NCBI GenBank assembly: GCA_023267535.1
Contig: JAHFNC010000002.1
Coordinates: forward strand, 55,426 to 119,425
From: a bacterium
GTDB taxonomy: Bacteria > Patescibacteriota > Minisyncoccia > Phycocordibacterales > UBA5272
DNA: 64,000 bases
Direction of reading: 5' to 3'
Shown here: piece after piece, positions 42,694-51,539 of the stretch
How the letters are laid out: each line of letters begins with the position of its first letter
Numbering within the stretch: the stretch's first letter is position 1
Made by a program: the position numbers and the translations under genes
The notes under the pieces: model-generated
Seen by the model: the letters and a program-made list of their open reading frames with translations, nothing else
What the model was told of the DNA's origin: nothing
Database searches by the model: none

Positions 42694-42978
42694 ATGGAAT
42701 TCACCGAAAAGGATTTGGATAACTTAAGCGAGCTTGCCAGAATTACAATTAAGCCCGAAGAGAAAGGAAAGATGCTTCAAGATATGAAGGCGATTTTGGT
42801 TTATGTCTCAGAAATCAACTCTGTTTCTGGTGATGTAGTCAGAGAAAAAGAAATTCATTACAACATTGTTCGTGAAGATGTGGTCACAAGGGAAGTCGGA
42901 GCTGAAACCGAAGCGTTACTTCACGAGGCACCAGCTGTCGAAGACGGGTTTGTTAAAGTGTCACAAGTATTAAAATAG
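42694..42978 (+). CDS. gatC: Asp/Glu-tRNA amidotransferase subunit C
   Basis: LSELARI...NIVRED...AP..EDGFVKV; directly before gatA. Confidence 0.9.
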   Translation: MEFTEKDLDNLSELARITIKPEEKGKMLQDMKAILVYVSEINSVSGDVVREKEIHYNIVREDVVTREVGAETEALLHEAPAVEDGFVKVSQVLK

Positions 42979-42981
42979 TTT

Positions 42982-44391
42982 ATGAATAAAACATTAAAAG
43001 AATTACAAGAAGAGTTGAAGAGTAAAAAAACTAGTGTCAAAGAACTGGTGAATAGTTATATTGAAGTTATAAAAAGTAATGCCGACATAAATGCCACTTT
43101 AGGATTTTATTCTGATAAATTAATTAATGAACAAATAAAAAAAGCAGAAGAATTATTTGCTAACGGTAAAGATACAGCTTTAACTGGTATTCCAATTGTG
43201 ATTAAAGACAACATAATGGTAAAAGGCGAGAAGGCTACAGCCGCTTCAAAAATTTTAGAAAATTTTACAGCTACATATGATGCTACCGTCATTAAGAAAT
43301 TAAAAGAAGCGGGCGCGGTGATGATTGCACGAGCGAATATGGACGAATTTGCTATGGGTGGTTCAACAGAAAACTCAGCCTTTGGTGTGGTAAAAAATCC
43401 ACACGATAAAAGTCGTGTTGCAGGAGGCTCGTCCGGTGGGTCAGCGGCAGTTGTTTCCTATGGTGGAGCACCGATCTCGCTTGGCTCTGATACTGGTGGG
43501 TCAATTCGCCAGCCAGCATCTTTGTGTGGTGTGGTTGGGCTTAAAACCACTTACGGTGGCGTTTCTAGATACGGAGTGATGGCAATGGGTAGTTCGCTTG
43601 ATCAAATTGGTCCATTTGGAAATTCAGTGGAAGATGTTGAGAATGTTTATAACATAATTTCTGGGTATGATAATTTAGACAGCACTTCACTAACAAAAGA
43701 AGAGAGAATCAAGGAGCAAGAATCAGGAATAAAGAAAAAAATTGGCATACCAAGAAAATTTATTGAACGCGAGGGGGTTGATAAAGAAGTTCTAAAGAAT
43801 TTTAATGAGACGATTGAAAAATTAAAAGCAGACGGTTATGAAATAATTGATGTTGATATTAAAGATGTAGAAAAAGCATTGTCTGTTTATTATGTGGTGG
43901 TTTGTGCCGAAGTGTCATCTAATATGGCACGATATGACGGCATCCGTTATGGATTATCAGTGCCTGATGTAAATGTTATCAAAGGATATTTCAAAACAAA
44001 AACTGAAGGATTTGGTGGAGAGGTGCGCAGGAGAATTTTACTTGGTACTTATGTTTTGTCATCTGGTTATTACGATGCTTATTACAACAAAGCCAATCTA
44101 GTGCGCGAGATGTTAAAAAAAGAATTTGCAAAAGTCTTTCAAGATGTAGATGTTATCGCTACACCAACTTCCCCAATACCAGCTTTTAAGATTGGAGAAA
44201 AATCTCAAGACCCACTCGCTATGTATTTGGCCGACATATTTACTGTGCCAGTTAACATAGTCGGCGTGCCAGCAATTTCAGTTCCATCGGGAAAAACAGA
44301 CTCTGGGCTTCCACTTGGAATACAATTTATCGCGCCACACAATAGAGAAGATATTTTATTCACTTACGGAAAAGAGGTAGAGAAGATATAA
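42982..44391 (+). CDS. gatA: Asp/Glu-tRNA amidotransferase subunit A
   Basis: Amidase signature GGSSGGSA, GSDTGGSIRQPA, RRRILLGTYVLSSGYYDAYY. Confidence 0.97.
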   Translation: MNKTLKELQEELKSKKTSVKELVNSYIEVIKSNADINATLGFYSDKLINEQIKKAEELFANGKDTALTGIPIVIKDNIMVKGEKATAASKILENFTATYDATVIKKLKEAGAVMIARANMDEFAMGGSTENSAFGVVKNPHDKSRVAGGSSGGSAAVVSYGGAPISLGSDTGGSIRQPASLCGVVGLKTTYGGVSRYGVMAMGSSLDQIGPFGNSVEDVENVYNIISGYDNLDSTSLTKEERIKEQESGIKKKIGIPRKFIEREGVDKEVLKNFNETIEKLKADGYEIIDVDIKDVEKALSVYYVVVCAEVSSNMARYDGIRYGLSVPDVNVIKGYFKTKTEGFGGEVRRRILLGTYVLSSGYYDAYYNKANLVREMLKKEFAKVFQDVDVIATPTSPIPAFKIGEKSQDPLAMYLADIFTVPVNIVGVPAISVPSGKTDSGLPLGIQFIAPHNREDILFTYGKEVEKI

Positions 44392-44477
44392 TTAAAATAA
44401 GCTCTAATTTAGGCTTTTAGTTTCTTGCTTAACATTTGCTTGCCCCGCTATGGCGGTGGTAAATTAAAACTAACTTA

Positions 44478-45782
44478 ATGTATTCTCTTTCAATCGATTA
44501 CATCTTCAATAGAATTTATGACGGACTACTTTGGATAAAGTATTTTATTGTTTTTGTGATAATGAGGACTAAACCCGAAGATTATATAAAACAAAGAGAA
44601 AATGTTTCTTGGGACGGATTACGTGACCGCGGTTGGATTGATAATTTAGTTGCTAAAAACAGTGCGAACACTTCAACATTTACTTCAAATAATATTTTAA
44701 CTACTGGACCAAATGCGTTATCTCAGGCTCAGGTAAAAGAAATGTTCCAAGCTGATTATAGTATTGGAGATAAAATAAGAGATTGGTTTGGTATTGGCCC
44801 TAAAGATTCTGATGGCGACGGCGTGCCTGATAGTTATGAAAACGCACATCATTTAAATCCAAATGACCCGGACACTGACCACGACGGAGTTTCTGATTAT
44901 CAAGAGTTAATACGAGGAACTGACCCACTTAATAATGACACCGACGGCGACGGAGTTTTAGACGGACGTGATGAGGCTCCTCTTGACCCGCATGTCTCTG
45001 CCACCACTTTGGATACCGACAGTGACGGTATTTCAGATAAAATGGAAGCATTTCTAGGAACTGACCCACACAACAGAGATACTGATGGTGACGGCATTCC
45101 TGATGGTATGGATACTTATCCGCTTGATCCAACCAACACCGAGACACATAATTTCAAATTGCCGGACGATGTAACCGCTCTTCATTTATCAATTCATAAT
45201 CCTGTATTTTCATTTTTATCTGACGTGCTATCTATTGTCGCGATTTTTGTAATTATATTTTTGATCTACGTGCTAATGATGTGGTTTATAAATTATTCAT
45301 CAGCAATGAATAGTTACGAAAAAAGATTTGAAAAGAAGAAAGATGAAAGAGAAAAGAAAGAAGAGAAAAAAGCAGACGAAGTAAAAGAAATGCCAGCAGG
45401 AATTGAAGGACTACCTGTTATGGAAGAGGTTAAGGAAGAAATTGATGAGGAAATCAAAGCTGAAATAATAAATGAAAATGCTCGCTGGGAAATTATCAAT
45501 AGATATATGGATAGTGCGATTGAAGATTTGTGGCGTATTGGAATTATGGAGGCGGATAATATGCTTCGTGAAGTTTTGACAGAGAAAGGGTATCAAGGGG
45601 CAGACGTCGGCGAAATGCTAACCAATGCTAACTTTAATACTATTCAAATGGCGTGGGATGCCCATAAGATTCGCAATCGTATTGCCCATGAAGGAAGTGG
45701 TTTTGTTTTAACAGAAAGAGAAGCAAGAAAAGCGCATAATTTATACGAAGCCGTCTTTAGAGAATTAAGAGCTATACAATAA
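44478..45782 (+). CDS. Membrane protein with TSP3-like Ca-binding repeats and a C-terminal RxxxxH (HEPN-like) domain
   Basis: Five DxDxDG repeats between two hydrophobic segments; [15 protein letters not shown] near the C-terminus. Confidence 0.75.
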   Translation: MYSLSIDYIFNRIYDGLLWIKYFIVFVIMRTKPEDYIKQRENVSWDGLRDRGWIDNLVAKNSANTSTFTSNNILTTGPNALSQAQVKEMFQADYSIGDKIRDWFGIGPKDSDGDGVPDSYENAHHLNPNDPDTDHDGVSDYQELIRGTDPLNNDTDGDGVLDGRDEAPLDPHVSATTLDTDSDGISDKMEAFLGTDPHNRDTDGDGIPDGMDTYPLDPTNTETHNFKLPDDVTALHLSIHNPVFSFLSDVLSIVAIFVIIFLIYVLMMWFINYSSAMNSYEKRFEKKKDEREKKEEKKADEVKEMPAGIEGLPVMEEVKEEIDEEIKAEIINENARWEIINRYMDSAIEDLWRIGIMEADNMLREVLTEKGYQGADVGEMLTNANFNTIQMAWDAHKIRNRIAHEGSGFVLTEREARKAHNLYEAVFRELRAIQ

Positions 45783-45795
45783 TTTTGGAAATAAA

Positions 45796-45827
45796 AAACG
45801 CAATCAATTAACTAATTGATTGCGTTT
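45796..45827. terminator. Bidirectional terminator
   Basis: aaacgcaatcaatta-ac-taattgattgcgttt between convergent genes. Confidence 0.8.
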
Positions 45828-45831
45828 GTGT

Positions 45832-46635
45832 TTATCTATTCTTTGCTCTATTTATAAAAACAAAAGCAGGAATTTCGTAGGGGTAGGGGTTTGCATCCCC
45901 AATGGACACGCTTATGCGAGCTGGCTCTTCTTGTTCCGGCCAGTAATGACCATGTTGTTGAGCAAACACCGGCTTCCCTTCAGCGTTTAATCCAACACAA
46001 ACCAAGAAATGAAAATCAGTATACGCTCCTCTGTAAAACATATCTTTTATTTCTTCAGGTGGAAGCGATACAACCTTTTTTGCTTTACAGGTTTCAAGAA
46101 ATCCTTTTCCTTGGTGAGTTAGTTTTTTGTGTCTAACGTATCTATTCCTTCCTTTGTTTTTTGAAAGTCTAGTTCTATTTATAGGATGGTAATAGAGAAG
46201 ACAAAGCATATCTCCCACCACTATTTTTTGTCCGTTGTAGGTGGTCATCCTTTGTGTCAAAACCAAATTTCTGTCAGGGGTAACACACTCGGTAAATTCA
46301 CCTGTTATAAGGTAGTTGGCAAAAGAAGCGCAGTTTGTTCTTTTTTTACCGTAGAATTTTGCGAAATAATCGGCAATTCTGCCAGAAATTTTTTTATCTT
46401 TTATTATTCTAATAAATCTTTCCTGGAAGCCGTTTAGTTCCTGAGTGGCATCACAAATCATATGATGTGCCTCTTTGTCGAGGGGGACATCTCTAATTTT
46501 GACGATAATACGACCACGACAATCTCTGACAGTGTGTCCAGTTCTGGTTTCTTTTGAATACAGGGGATGCATTTGAAATGCAGACCCGGCACCATTAAGA
46601 CTAGAAAGGAAATAAGAAAAGTTTTGAATGTACAC
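45832..46635 (-). CDS. Hypothetical protein, possibly a papain-like Cys/His fold (NCASFA...FHF)
   Basis: 267-aa ORF, GTG start with AAGGA; the fold suggestion is weak. Confidence 0.6.
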   Translation of the reverse strand: MYIQNFSYFLSSLNGAGSAFQMHPLYSKETRTGHTVRDCRGRIIVKIRDVPLDKEAHHMICDATQELNGFQERFIRIIKDKKISGRIADYFAKFYGKKRTNCASFANYLITGEFTECVTPDRNLVLTQRMTTYNGQKIVVGDMLCLLYYHPINRTRLSKNKGRNRYVRHKKLTHQGKGFLETCKAKKVVSLPPEEIKDMFYRGAYTDFHFLVCVGLNAEGKPVFAQQHGHYWPEQEEPARISVSIGDANPYPYEIPAFVFINRAKNR

Positions 46636-46729
46636 GATTTTTCCTTTACAGAAAAGACTGTTTGGATTCTAACACAGAAATAAAATGTGTAAATATCCGA
46701 TTGTTCGAATTCGTAATTTTTGTTTTATG

Positions 46730-46803
46730 CGCAGTCGACCGGGCTTGAACCGGCAACCTTCCGCGTGACAGGCGGATGCTCTAACCAGTTGAGCTACGAC
46801 TGC
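46730..46803 (-). tRNA. tRNA-Asp(GTC)
   Basis: GCAGTCG/CGACTGC acceptor stem, CT-GTC-AC loop, GGTTCAAGCCC. Confidence 0.95.
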
Positions 46804-46874
46804 AGGTTGTTTTACTTTTTAATTTTTGTATTTTATCAAAAAAATACATTCCGCGCACTTGATGTGCAAACGGG

Positions 46875-46948
46875 TGTCGGCGGGAGGGATCGAACCTCCG
46901 ACCTAAGGCTTATGAGTCCTTCGCTCTAACCAACTGAGCTACGCCGAC
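46875..46948 (-). tRNA. tRNA with CAT anticodon (elongator Met likely, Ile2 possible)
   Basis: GTCGGCG/CGCCGAC acceptor stem, CT-CAT-AA loop, GGTTCGATCC. Confidence 0.92.
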
Positions 46949-47048
46949 ATATTTACTATTATTATATATTTACTTTTCAAACACTAACACGCAAGCGCCC
47001 GCCACTATGTGGCGGGCGCTTGATTTTGCTTGTCACATAGCATTCTTG

Positions 47049-47119
47049 TTGCGGAGACCAGAATCGAACTGGTGTCCCAAGGTTATGAGCCTTGTGAGTT
47101 ACCTCTACTCTACTCCGCT
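47049..47119 (-). tRNA. Initiator tRNA-fMet(CAT)
   Basis: A1.A72 mismatch, GCGGAG/CTCCGC acceptor stem, CAAGG-CTCATAA-CCTTG anticodon arm. Confidence 0.88.
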
Positions 47120-47227
47120 ATATTATATTCTAAAACTGCATAAAGTTATGTATGTCCGTCACATAACCTTGGAGGTTATTCGCACTATAGTTCTTTTGGA
47201 GTTACCTCTACTCTACTCCGCTATATT
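47096..47227. repeat. 29-bp direct repeat of the tRNA-fMet 5' end (47096-47124 and 47199-47227)
   Basis: gagttacctctactctactccgctatatt twice, around a palindromic spacer. Confidence 0.9.
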
Positions 47228-47359
47228 TTGTTTTGAAACTAACTCCCTTATACCTGTTAAGACGTCACCAAACACAATAAAATACAAAGATTTTATGAAG
47301 CAAATAATAACACACAATTACACAAAAAACAATCACCAAATTACCTCCTTTTTTCTTAC

Positions 47360-47405
47360 TTGTCTCGTCAATCTGTAAATGATAATATTTTGTAAGCACT
47401 TTCGA
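47360..47405 (+). promoter_or_regulatory. Sigma70-type promoter plus boxA-like element for the rRNA-like ncRNA
   Basis: TTGTCT-N17-TAATAT (with extended TG) then GCACTTTCGA 7 nt downstream. Confidence 0.6.
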
Positions 47406-47719
47406 TTTTTTGGTGTGGAGGGATAATGACGACAGATAATATGGTCGTCACGCTGTGGAGCCTGTCGTAGTGTCAGGCGGTTGCAGGAAGCAACTAACCT
47501 CATCCCAGTGAAAAATATTACCGCCACAATACCAAGCTTGAGCTTGATGAAGGACGCGGCACTCTGCGATAAGCTTCGGGGAGTCGAGAAGCAGGCTTTG
47601 ATCCGAAGATGTCCGAATGGGGAAACCCGACCAGAAATGGTCAGCCGAAAGTAGTGGCGAGCGAAATTGGCGGAGTTCAAGTCTTACAAATGACCAACAG
47701 AGATGTTGGTCATTTTTTT
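47395..47719 (+). ncRNA. Free-standing structured RNA containing a miniature 23S rRNA domain I (5.8S-like helices plus H13)
   Basis: GATGAAGGACG...CTGCGATAAGC...CCGAATGGGGAAACCC (47546-47628) and AGTAGTGGCGAGCGAA (47650-47665) match conserved 23S 5' sequences; local closing stem 47536-47545/47672-47682; terminator follows. Confidence 0.8.
47688..47719 (+). terminator. Intrinsic terminator of the rRNA-like RNA
   Basis: aaatgaccaaca-gaga-tgttggtcatttttt. Confidence 0.85.
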
Positions 47720-47761
47720 ATGACTAAATCCAATTAATCAAAAATGATATAATCTCAATAT

Positions 47762-48208
47762 ATGAATGAGCCGATTTTATTCTATGAGCACGAATATTAT
47801 TTTCTTTCTAATTTTTCGGCTTTTGCTGTTCTGTGGAAAGGGAAACTTTACATGACTTCTGAACACGTGTATCAAGCAGAGAAATTTGAAGATGAAAATA
47901 TAAAAGAGGAAATAAAAAATACAAGGTCGGCCCACGATTCTAAAAAACTTGCCTCAGAATATAAAGATAAATATAGAAAAGATTGGGATGATGTAAAGCT
48001 TGGAATAATGAAAGAAATTTTATGCGAAAAAGTAAATCAACATCCTTATGTAAAAAAGAAACTTTTAGAGTCAGGTGAAAGACTACTTGTTGAAGATTCT
48101 TGGCGAGATGATTTTTGGGGTTGGGGTCCAAACAAAGACGGAGCCAATCACTTAGGAAAACTTTGGATGGAAGTCAGAAAAGAGTTTAAAGATGCTGAAG
48201 AAAAATAA
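47762..48208 (+). CDS. NADAR (YbiA-like) family protein
   Basis: FLSNF, TSEHVYQAEKF, DWDDVK..IM, LVEDS..D.FWG.G....GANHLGKLWMEVR. Confidence 0.92.
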   Translation: MNEPILFYEHEYYFLSNFSAFAVLWKGKLYMTSEHVYQAEKFEDENIKEEIKNTRSAHDSKKLASEYKDKYRKDWDDVKLGIMKEILCEKVNQHPYVKKKLLESGERLLVEDSWRDDFWGWGPNKDGANHLGKLWMEVRKEFKDAEEK

Positions 48209-48276
48209 AAAGATATGTTTGGTGATTAAATCTCATTAATATTGTTAATCTTACAAAATAGGAGTAACATAATTTT

Positions 48277-49203
48277 ATGGAATATGACAGTAATATTTTC
48301 ATAAGAAAGTTTAATGTTGAGGCGCAAGGGTTTTATGATATAACCCCATATATTGATGGCTCTATTGGGTTTTCTTTCAAAAAAAGATTAAATGAAAATG
48401 ATATAAATAAAGTCTCATTATTTTGTATTTATATTTTTAAAAATGTATTTGAGGATGACTCAATAACAAAGAAACCATTAAATATTTATGCTTACTATGG
48501 AGAAGAAAAAGAAGGAGGGGTTTCTTTACAACCCACACTAAGTAATTTATCTGAACCGCTCAACGCAACTTTTTTAGATGAGTATTTTTATAATCCTAAG
48601 GAAGATAAGTTTTATAAAGAAAGTGAAGAGATATCAGAAAAGGTTTTGATAAGAGAAATTTATGAGAAGCATATTAAAAACACAAAGCCTATAATAGGTT
48701 TTTTCCTAAGAGTAAAAATAAGATTTTGGAGAGATTTTTTAAGGTTATTTTTTGTTTTTCTTTCAAAAATATTTTATTACTTGTTGTTTATAATCTCAGG
48801 TGACAAATATACTTACGAGTATCTTTTTGAAGAAGAAACTCTTAATGGTGAAATTATTAAATCTAAATTATCTAGATTTAGAAATATTAATGACAAAGAC
48901 ATAAAAGAAACTAAAAAAGAAGGTAAAAAAATTGATTTTTTCGGCCTTAGGGTATCGCAATGGTCGATTGTATTTTATTCTTTTTTACATTTGAGTTTAT
49001 ATTCTGTGGTTGTATATAAGAAATATTATTCCATTTTTTATCTTATTTTATGGAAAATTCTACAAAATAACTTTTTGACCGTTGTTTATGCTATTTTTAC
49101 ATTTTGGGTGATTGAAATACCAATTCCATACATATTAAGGAGATTAATAAAATATAACTCAGGATTATCAGCTAAATGTCATTATAAAGAAATCAAACTT
49201 TAG
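48277..49203 (+). CDS. Hypothetical membrane protein, very AT-rich
   Basis: 308-aa ORF with C-terminal hydrophobic segments. Confidence 0.65.
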   Translation: MEYDSNIFIRKFNVEAQGFYDITPYIDGSIGFSFKKRLNENDINKVSLFCIYIFKNVFEDDSITKKPLNIYAYYGEEKEGGVSLQPTLSNLSEPLNATFLDEYFYNPKEDKFYKESEEISEKVLIREIYEKHIKNTKPIIGFFLRVKIRFWRDFLRLFFVFLSKIFYYLLFIISGDKYTYEYLFEEETLNGEIIKSKLSRFRNINDKDIKETKKEGKKIDFFGLRVSQWSIVFYSFLHLSLYSVVVYKKYYSIFYLILWKILQNNFLTVVYAIFTFWVIEIPIPYILRRLIKYNSGLSAKCHYKEIKL

Positions 49204-49223
49204 CTTTCAAATCAAGAAATATC

Positions 49224-49664
49224 ATGAAAGACCTAGAAAATAAACTTCAATTCATTATAACTCTGTCATTATTCTTTCCTGTTTTATTGTATGCAATTTT
49301 TGATAATAAAGGAGCTAGTCAGGCAACTTTAAAATGGGGGACTGTAGTAATTTTTTTAATTTTTAATTATCTTTATTTAAATTTATTAAAAAGTGAATTA
49401 CCAAAGAAAATTATAAAATGGTTAGATATTCTTTTGGATATAAATATAGTCTTTTTTATACCATTAATCTTTTCTTTCTCATTTCAAATTAAATATATAA
49501 TTATTACAAAAATTTTGCTGTTTCTAGGTTCGTGGGGTGTATTATTGGTTCCTATTACAATCTTGTTACTTCTTTTTTGTTATACAATCTTCACTAGTTT
49601 TCCAAAATTTTTCAAGAAAATTTGGAATTATAGAAAGATAATAAAAATAGACCCAACAAAGTAA
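49224..49664 (+). CDS. Hypothetical 4-TM membrane protein
   Basis: Four hydrophobic segments. Confidence 0.6.
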   Translation: MKDLENKLQFIITLSLFFPVLLYAIFDNKGASQATLKWGTVVIFLIFNYLYLNLLKSELPKKIIKWLDILLDINIVFFIPLIFSFSFQIKYIIITKILLFLGSWGVLLVPITILLLLFCYTIFTSFPKFFKKIWNYRKIIKIDPTK

Positions 49665-49706
49665 CTTTCCCTTGCCTCGTCCTTCATTTTATTATATACA
49701 TAACTT

Positions 49707-51536
49707 ATGTGTGGGATTTTTTCTTATGTCGGTAAAAAAGAAGCTCTTCCTATTTTAGTGGACGGATTATCTTCGCTTGAATACAGGGGTTATGACTCTT
49801 CTGGTGTTTATGTGGTTGGCTCAAATTGTGTGAAATCTGTTGGCGCAGTTGAGAATTTAAGAAAGAAATTAGACGGAAAAGAAAATACTTTTTCTGGAAC
49901 TTCAGGCATCGCTCATTTGAGGTGGGCGACTCACGGTGAACCCACCGAAAAAAATGCCCATCCACATTCTGATTGCAGTGGAAAATTTTGGGTGGTTCAC
50001 AATGGAATTATAGAAAATTATAAAGAGCTAAAAGAACATTTAATTTCTTTAGGTCACATCTTTAAATCTGATACTGATACCGAAGTGGTGCCACATTTGT
50101 TGGAAGAACATTTCAAAAGAGAAAATGATTTTGAAAAAGCTGTAAAGCAAACACTGAAAGATATTAAAGGAACATACGGGTTAGTTATTGCTTTTAAAGA
50201 TGAAAAAAATAAAATCATCACTTGTCGAATGGGCGCGCCAGTTGTGGTCGGTGTTGGAGTTGGCGAAATGTTTGTGGCATCTGACCCGTCACCAATTCTT
50301 CGTCACACCAGACAAGTTATTTATTTACGAGATGGAGAAATCGCTACTCTCACGCCGGAAAATTATAATATTTGTTCATTAGATAGCACTCCGATTGCAA
50401 GAGACCCAGAAATGATTGAATGGGAAGTAGACCAAATCAAGAAAGACGGTTATGACCATTTTATGATGAAGGAAATAATGGAAGCGAGTGATGTTATAAA
50501 AAACACAACAAGAGGAAGACTTATTCCAGAAAATGGATTAGTAAAATTAGGCGGACTAGAAATTGTTGCTGATAAATTAAAAGATATAAACAGAATAATT
50601 ATTGTTGGTTGTGGAACAGCGTATTATTCCGGAGTGGTTGGCGAATATATGATAGAGGAATATACTGGAATTCCTGTGGAAGTTGAAGTCGGCTCAGAAT
50701 TTAGATACAGAAAACCTTTGATTGATAAAAACACAATGCTACTCGCTATTTCACAATCAGGAGAAACCGCAGACACACTGGAGGCCATTCGCGAAGCCAA
50801 AAGAAAAGGCGCACTCGCAATTGGAATTGTAAACACAGTTGGCTCAACCATTGCTCGCGAGACTGACGCTGGGATTTACAATCACGCAGGCCCTGAAATT
50901 GGAGTGGCTTCTACCAAAGCTTTTATTTCGCAAATTACTGCACTTGCAATGCTTACTGTTTTCTTGGGAAGACAAAGAGAAATGTCTATGGTCACTGGTA
51001 AAAGAATTTGTGAAGAAATAATATCACTTCCTGAAAAAATGGAAAAGATTCTTTCTCAAAAAGAAGAAATAAAAAAGTTAGCCGAAAAATATTCTATTTA
51101 CCGAGACTTTTTATATCTTGGCAGAAAATATAATTATGCTATTGCTTATGAAGGAGCATTAAAACTAAAAGAAGTTTCTTATATTCACGCCGAAGGGTGT
51201 GGGGCGGGAGAAATGAAGCACGGGCCACTAGCGATGATTGATGAAAATTTCCCAACTCTCGCCATTGCACCAAGCGATAGTGTTTATGAAAAAATGATTT
51301 CTAATATTCAAGAAATAAAAGCACGAAAGGGAAAGGTATTGGCAATTGCCACAGACGGTGATGAAAGAATAAAAGAATTAGCCGATGATGTGATTTATAT
51401 TCCAAAGACTTTGGAAATGCTCACACCAATTTTGTCGGTTATTCCGCTTCAGTTGTTTGCTTATTATATGGCGGTGAGTAAAGGATTAAATGTTGATAGA
51501 CCAAGAAATTTAGCTAAGTCAGTAACAGTAGAATAA
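49707..51536 (+). CDS. glmS: Glutamine--fructose-6-phosphate aminotransferase
   Basis: MCGIF, LEYRGYDS, HLRWATHG, SQSGETADT, PRNLAKSVTVE. Confidence 0.98.
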   Translation: MCGIFSYVGKKEALPILVDGLSSLEYRGYDSSGVYVVGSNCVKSVGAVENLRKKLDGKENTFSGTSGIAHLRWATHGEPTEKNAHPHSDCSGKFWVVHNGIIENYKELKEHLISLGHIFKSDTDTEVVPHLLEEHFKRENDFEKAVKQTLKDIKGTYGLVIAFKDEKNKIITCRMGAPVVVGVGVGEMFVASDPSPILRHTRQVIYLRDGEIATLTPENYNICSLDSTPIARDPEMIEWEVDQIKKDGYDHFMMKEIMEASDVIKNTTRGRLIPENGLVKLGGLEIVADKLKDINRIIIVGCGTAYYSGVVGEYMIEEYTGIPVEVEVGSEFRYRKPLIDKNTMLLAISQSGETADTLEAIREAKRKGALAIGIVNTVGSTIARETDAGIYNHAGPEIGVASTKAFISQITALAMLTVFLGRQREMSMVTGKRICEEIISLPEKMEKILSQKEEIKKLAEKYSIYRDFLYLGRKYNYAIAYEGALKLKEVSYIHAEGCGAGEMKHGPLAMIDENFPTLAIAPSDSVYEKMISNIQEIKARKGKVLAIATDGDERIKELADDVIYIPKTLEMLTPILSVIPLQLFAYYMAVSKGLNVDRPRNLAKSVTVE

Positions 51537-51539
51537 TAT

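Noticed and set aside
43705-43732. Possible heptamer insertion in gatA (gaatcaa ggagcaa gaatcag gaat)
   Set aside because: Too degenerate and without a hairpin; needs an ortholog alignment before it can be claimed.
42694-44391. gatB missing from the gatCA pair
   Set aside because: Split gat operons are common; gatB may lie outside the window.
47416-47503. Resemblance of the RNA's 5' domain to 16S h7-h8 (GGGATAA...CTAA) or the 23S L1 stalk
   Set aside because: Only a few short words match; homology cannot be supported by eye.
47333-47680. 115-aa minus-strand ORF (…GRVSPFGHLRIKAC…)
   Set aside because: It is the antisense reading of the 23S-like RNA, the kind of spurious protein produced from rRNA sequence.
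47546-47682. A normal 23S or 5S rRNA gene
   Set aside because: Only about 135 nt are rRNA-like, there is an internal deletion, a terminator follows at once, and no 16S, 5S or remaining 23S sequence is in the window.
49665-49706. glmS ribozyme
   Set aside because: Only 42 nt separate glmS from the previous gene, too short and without the motif.
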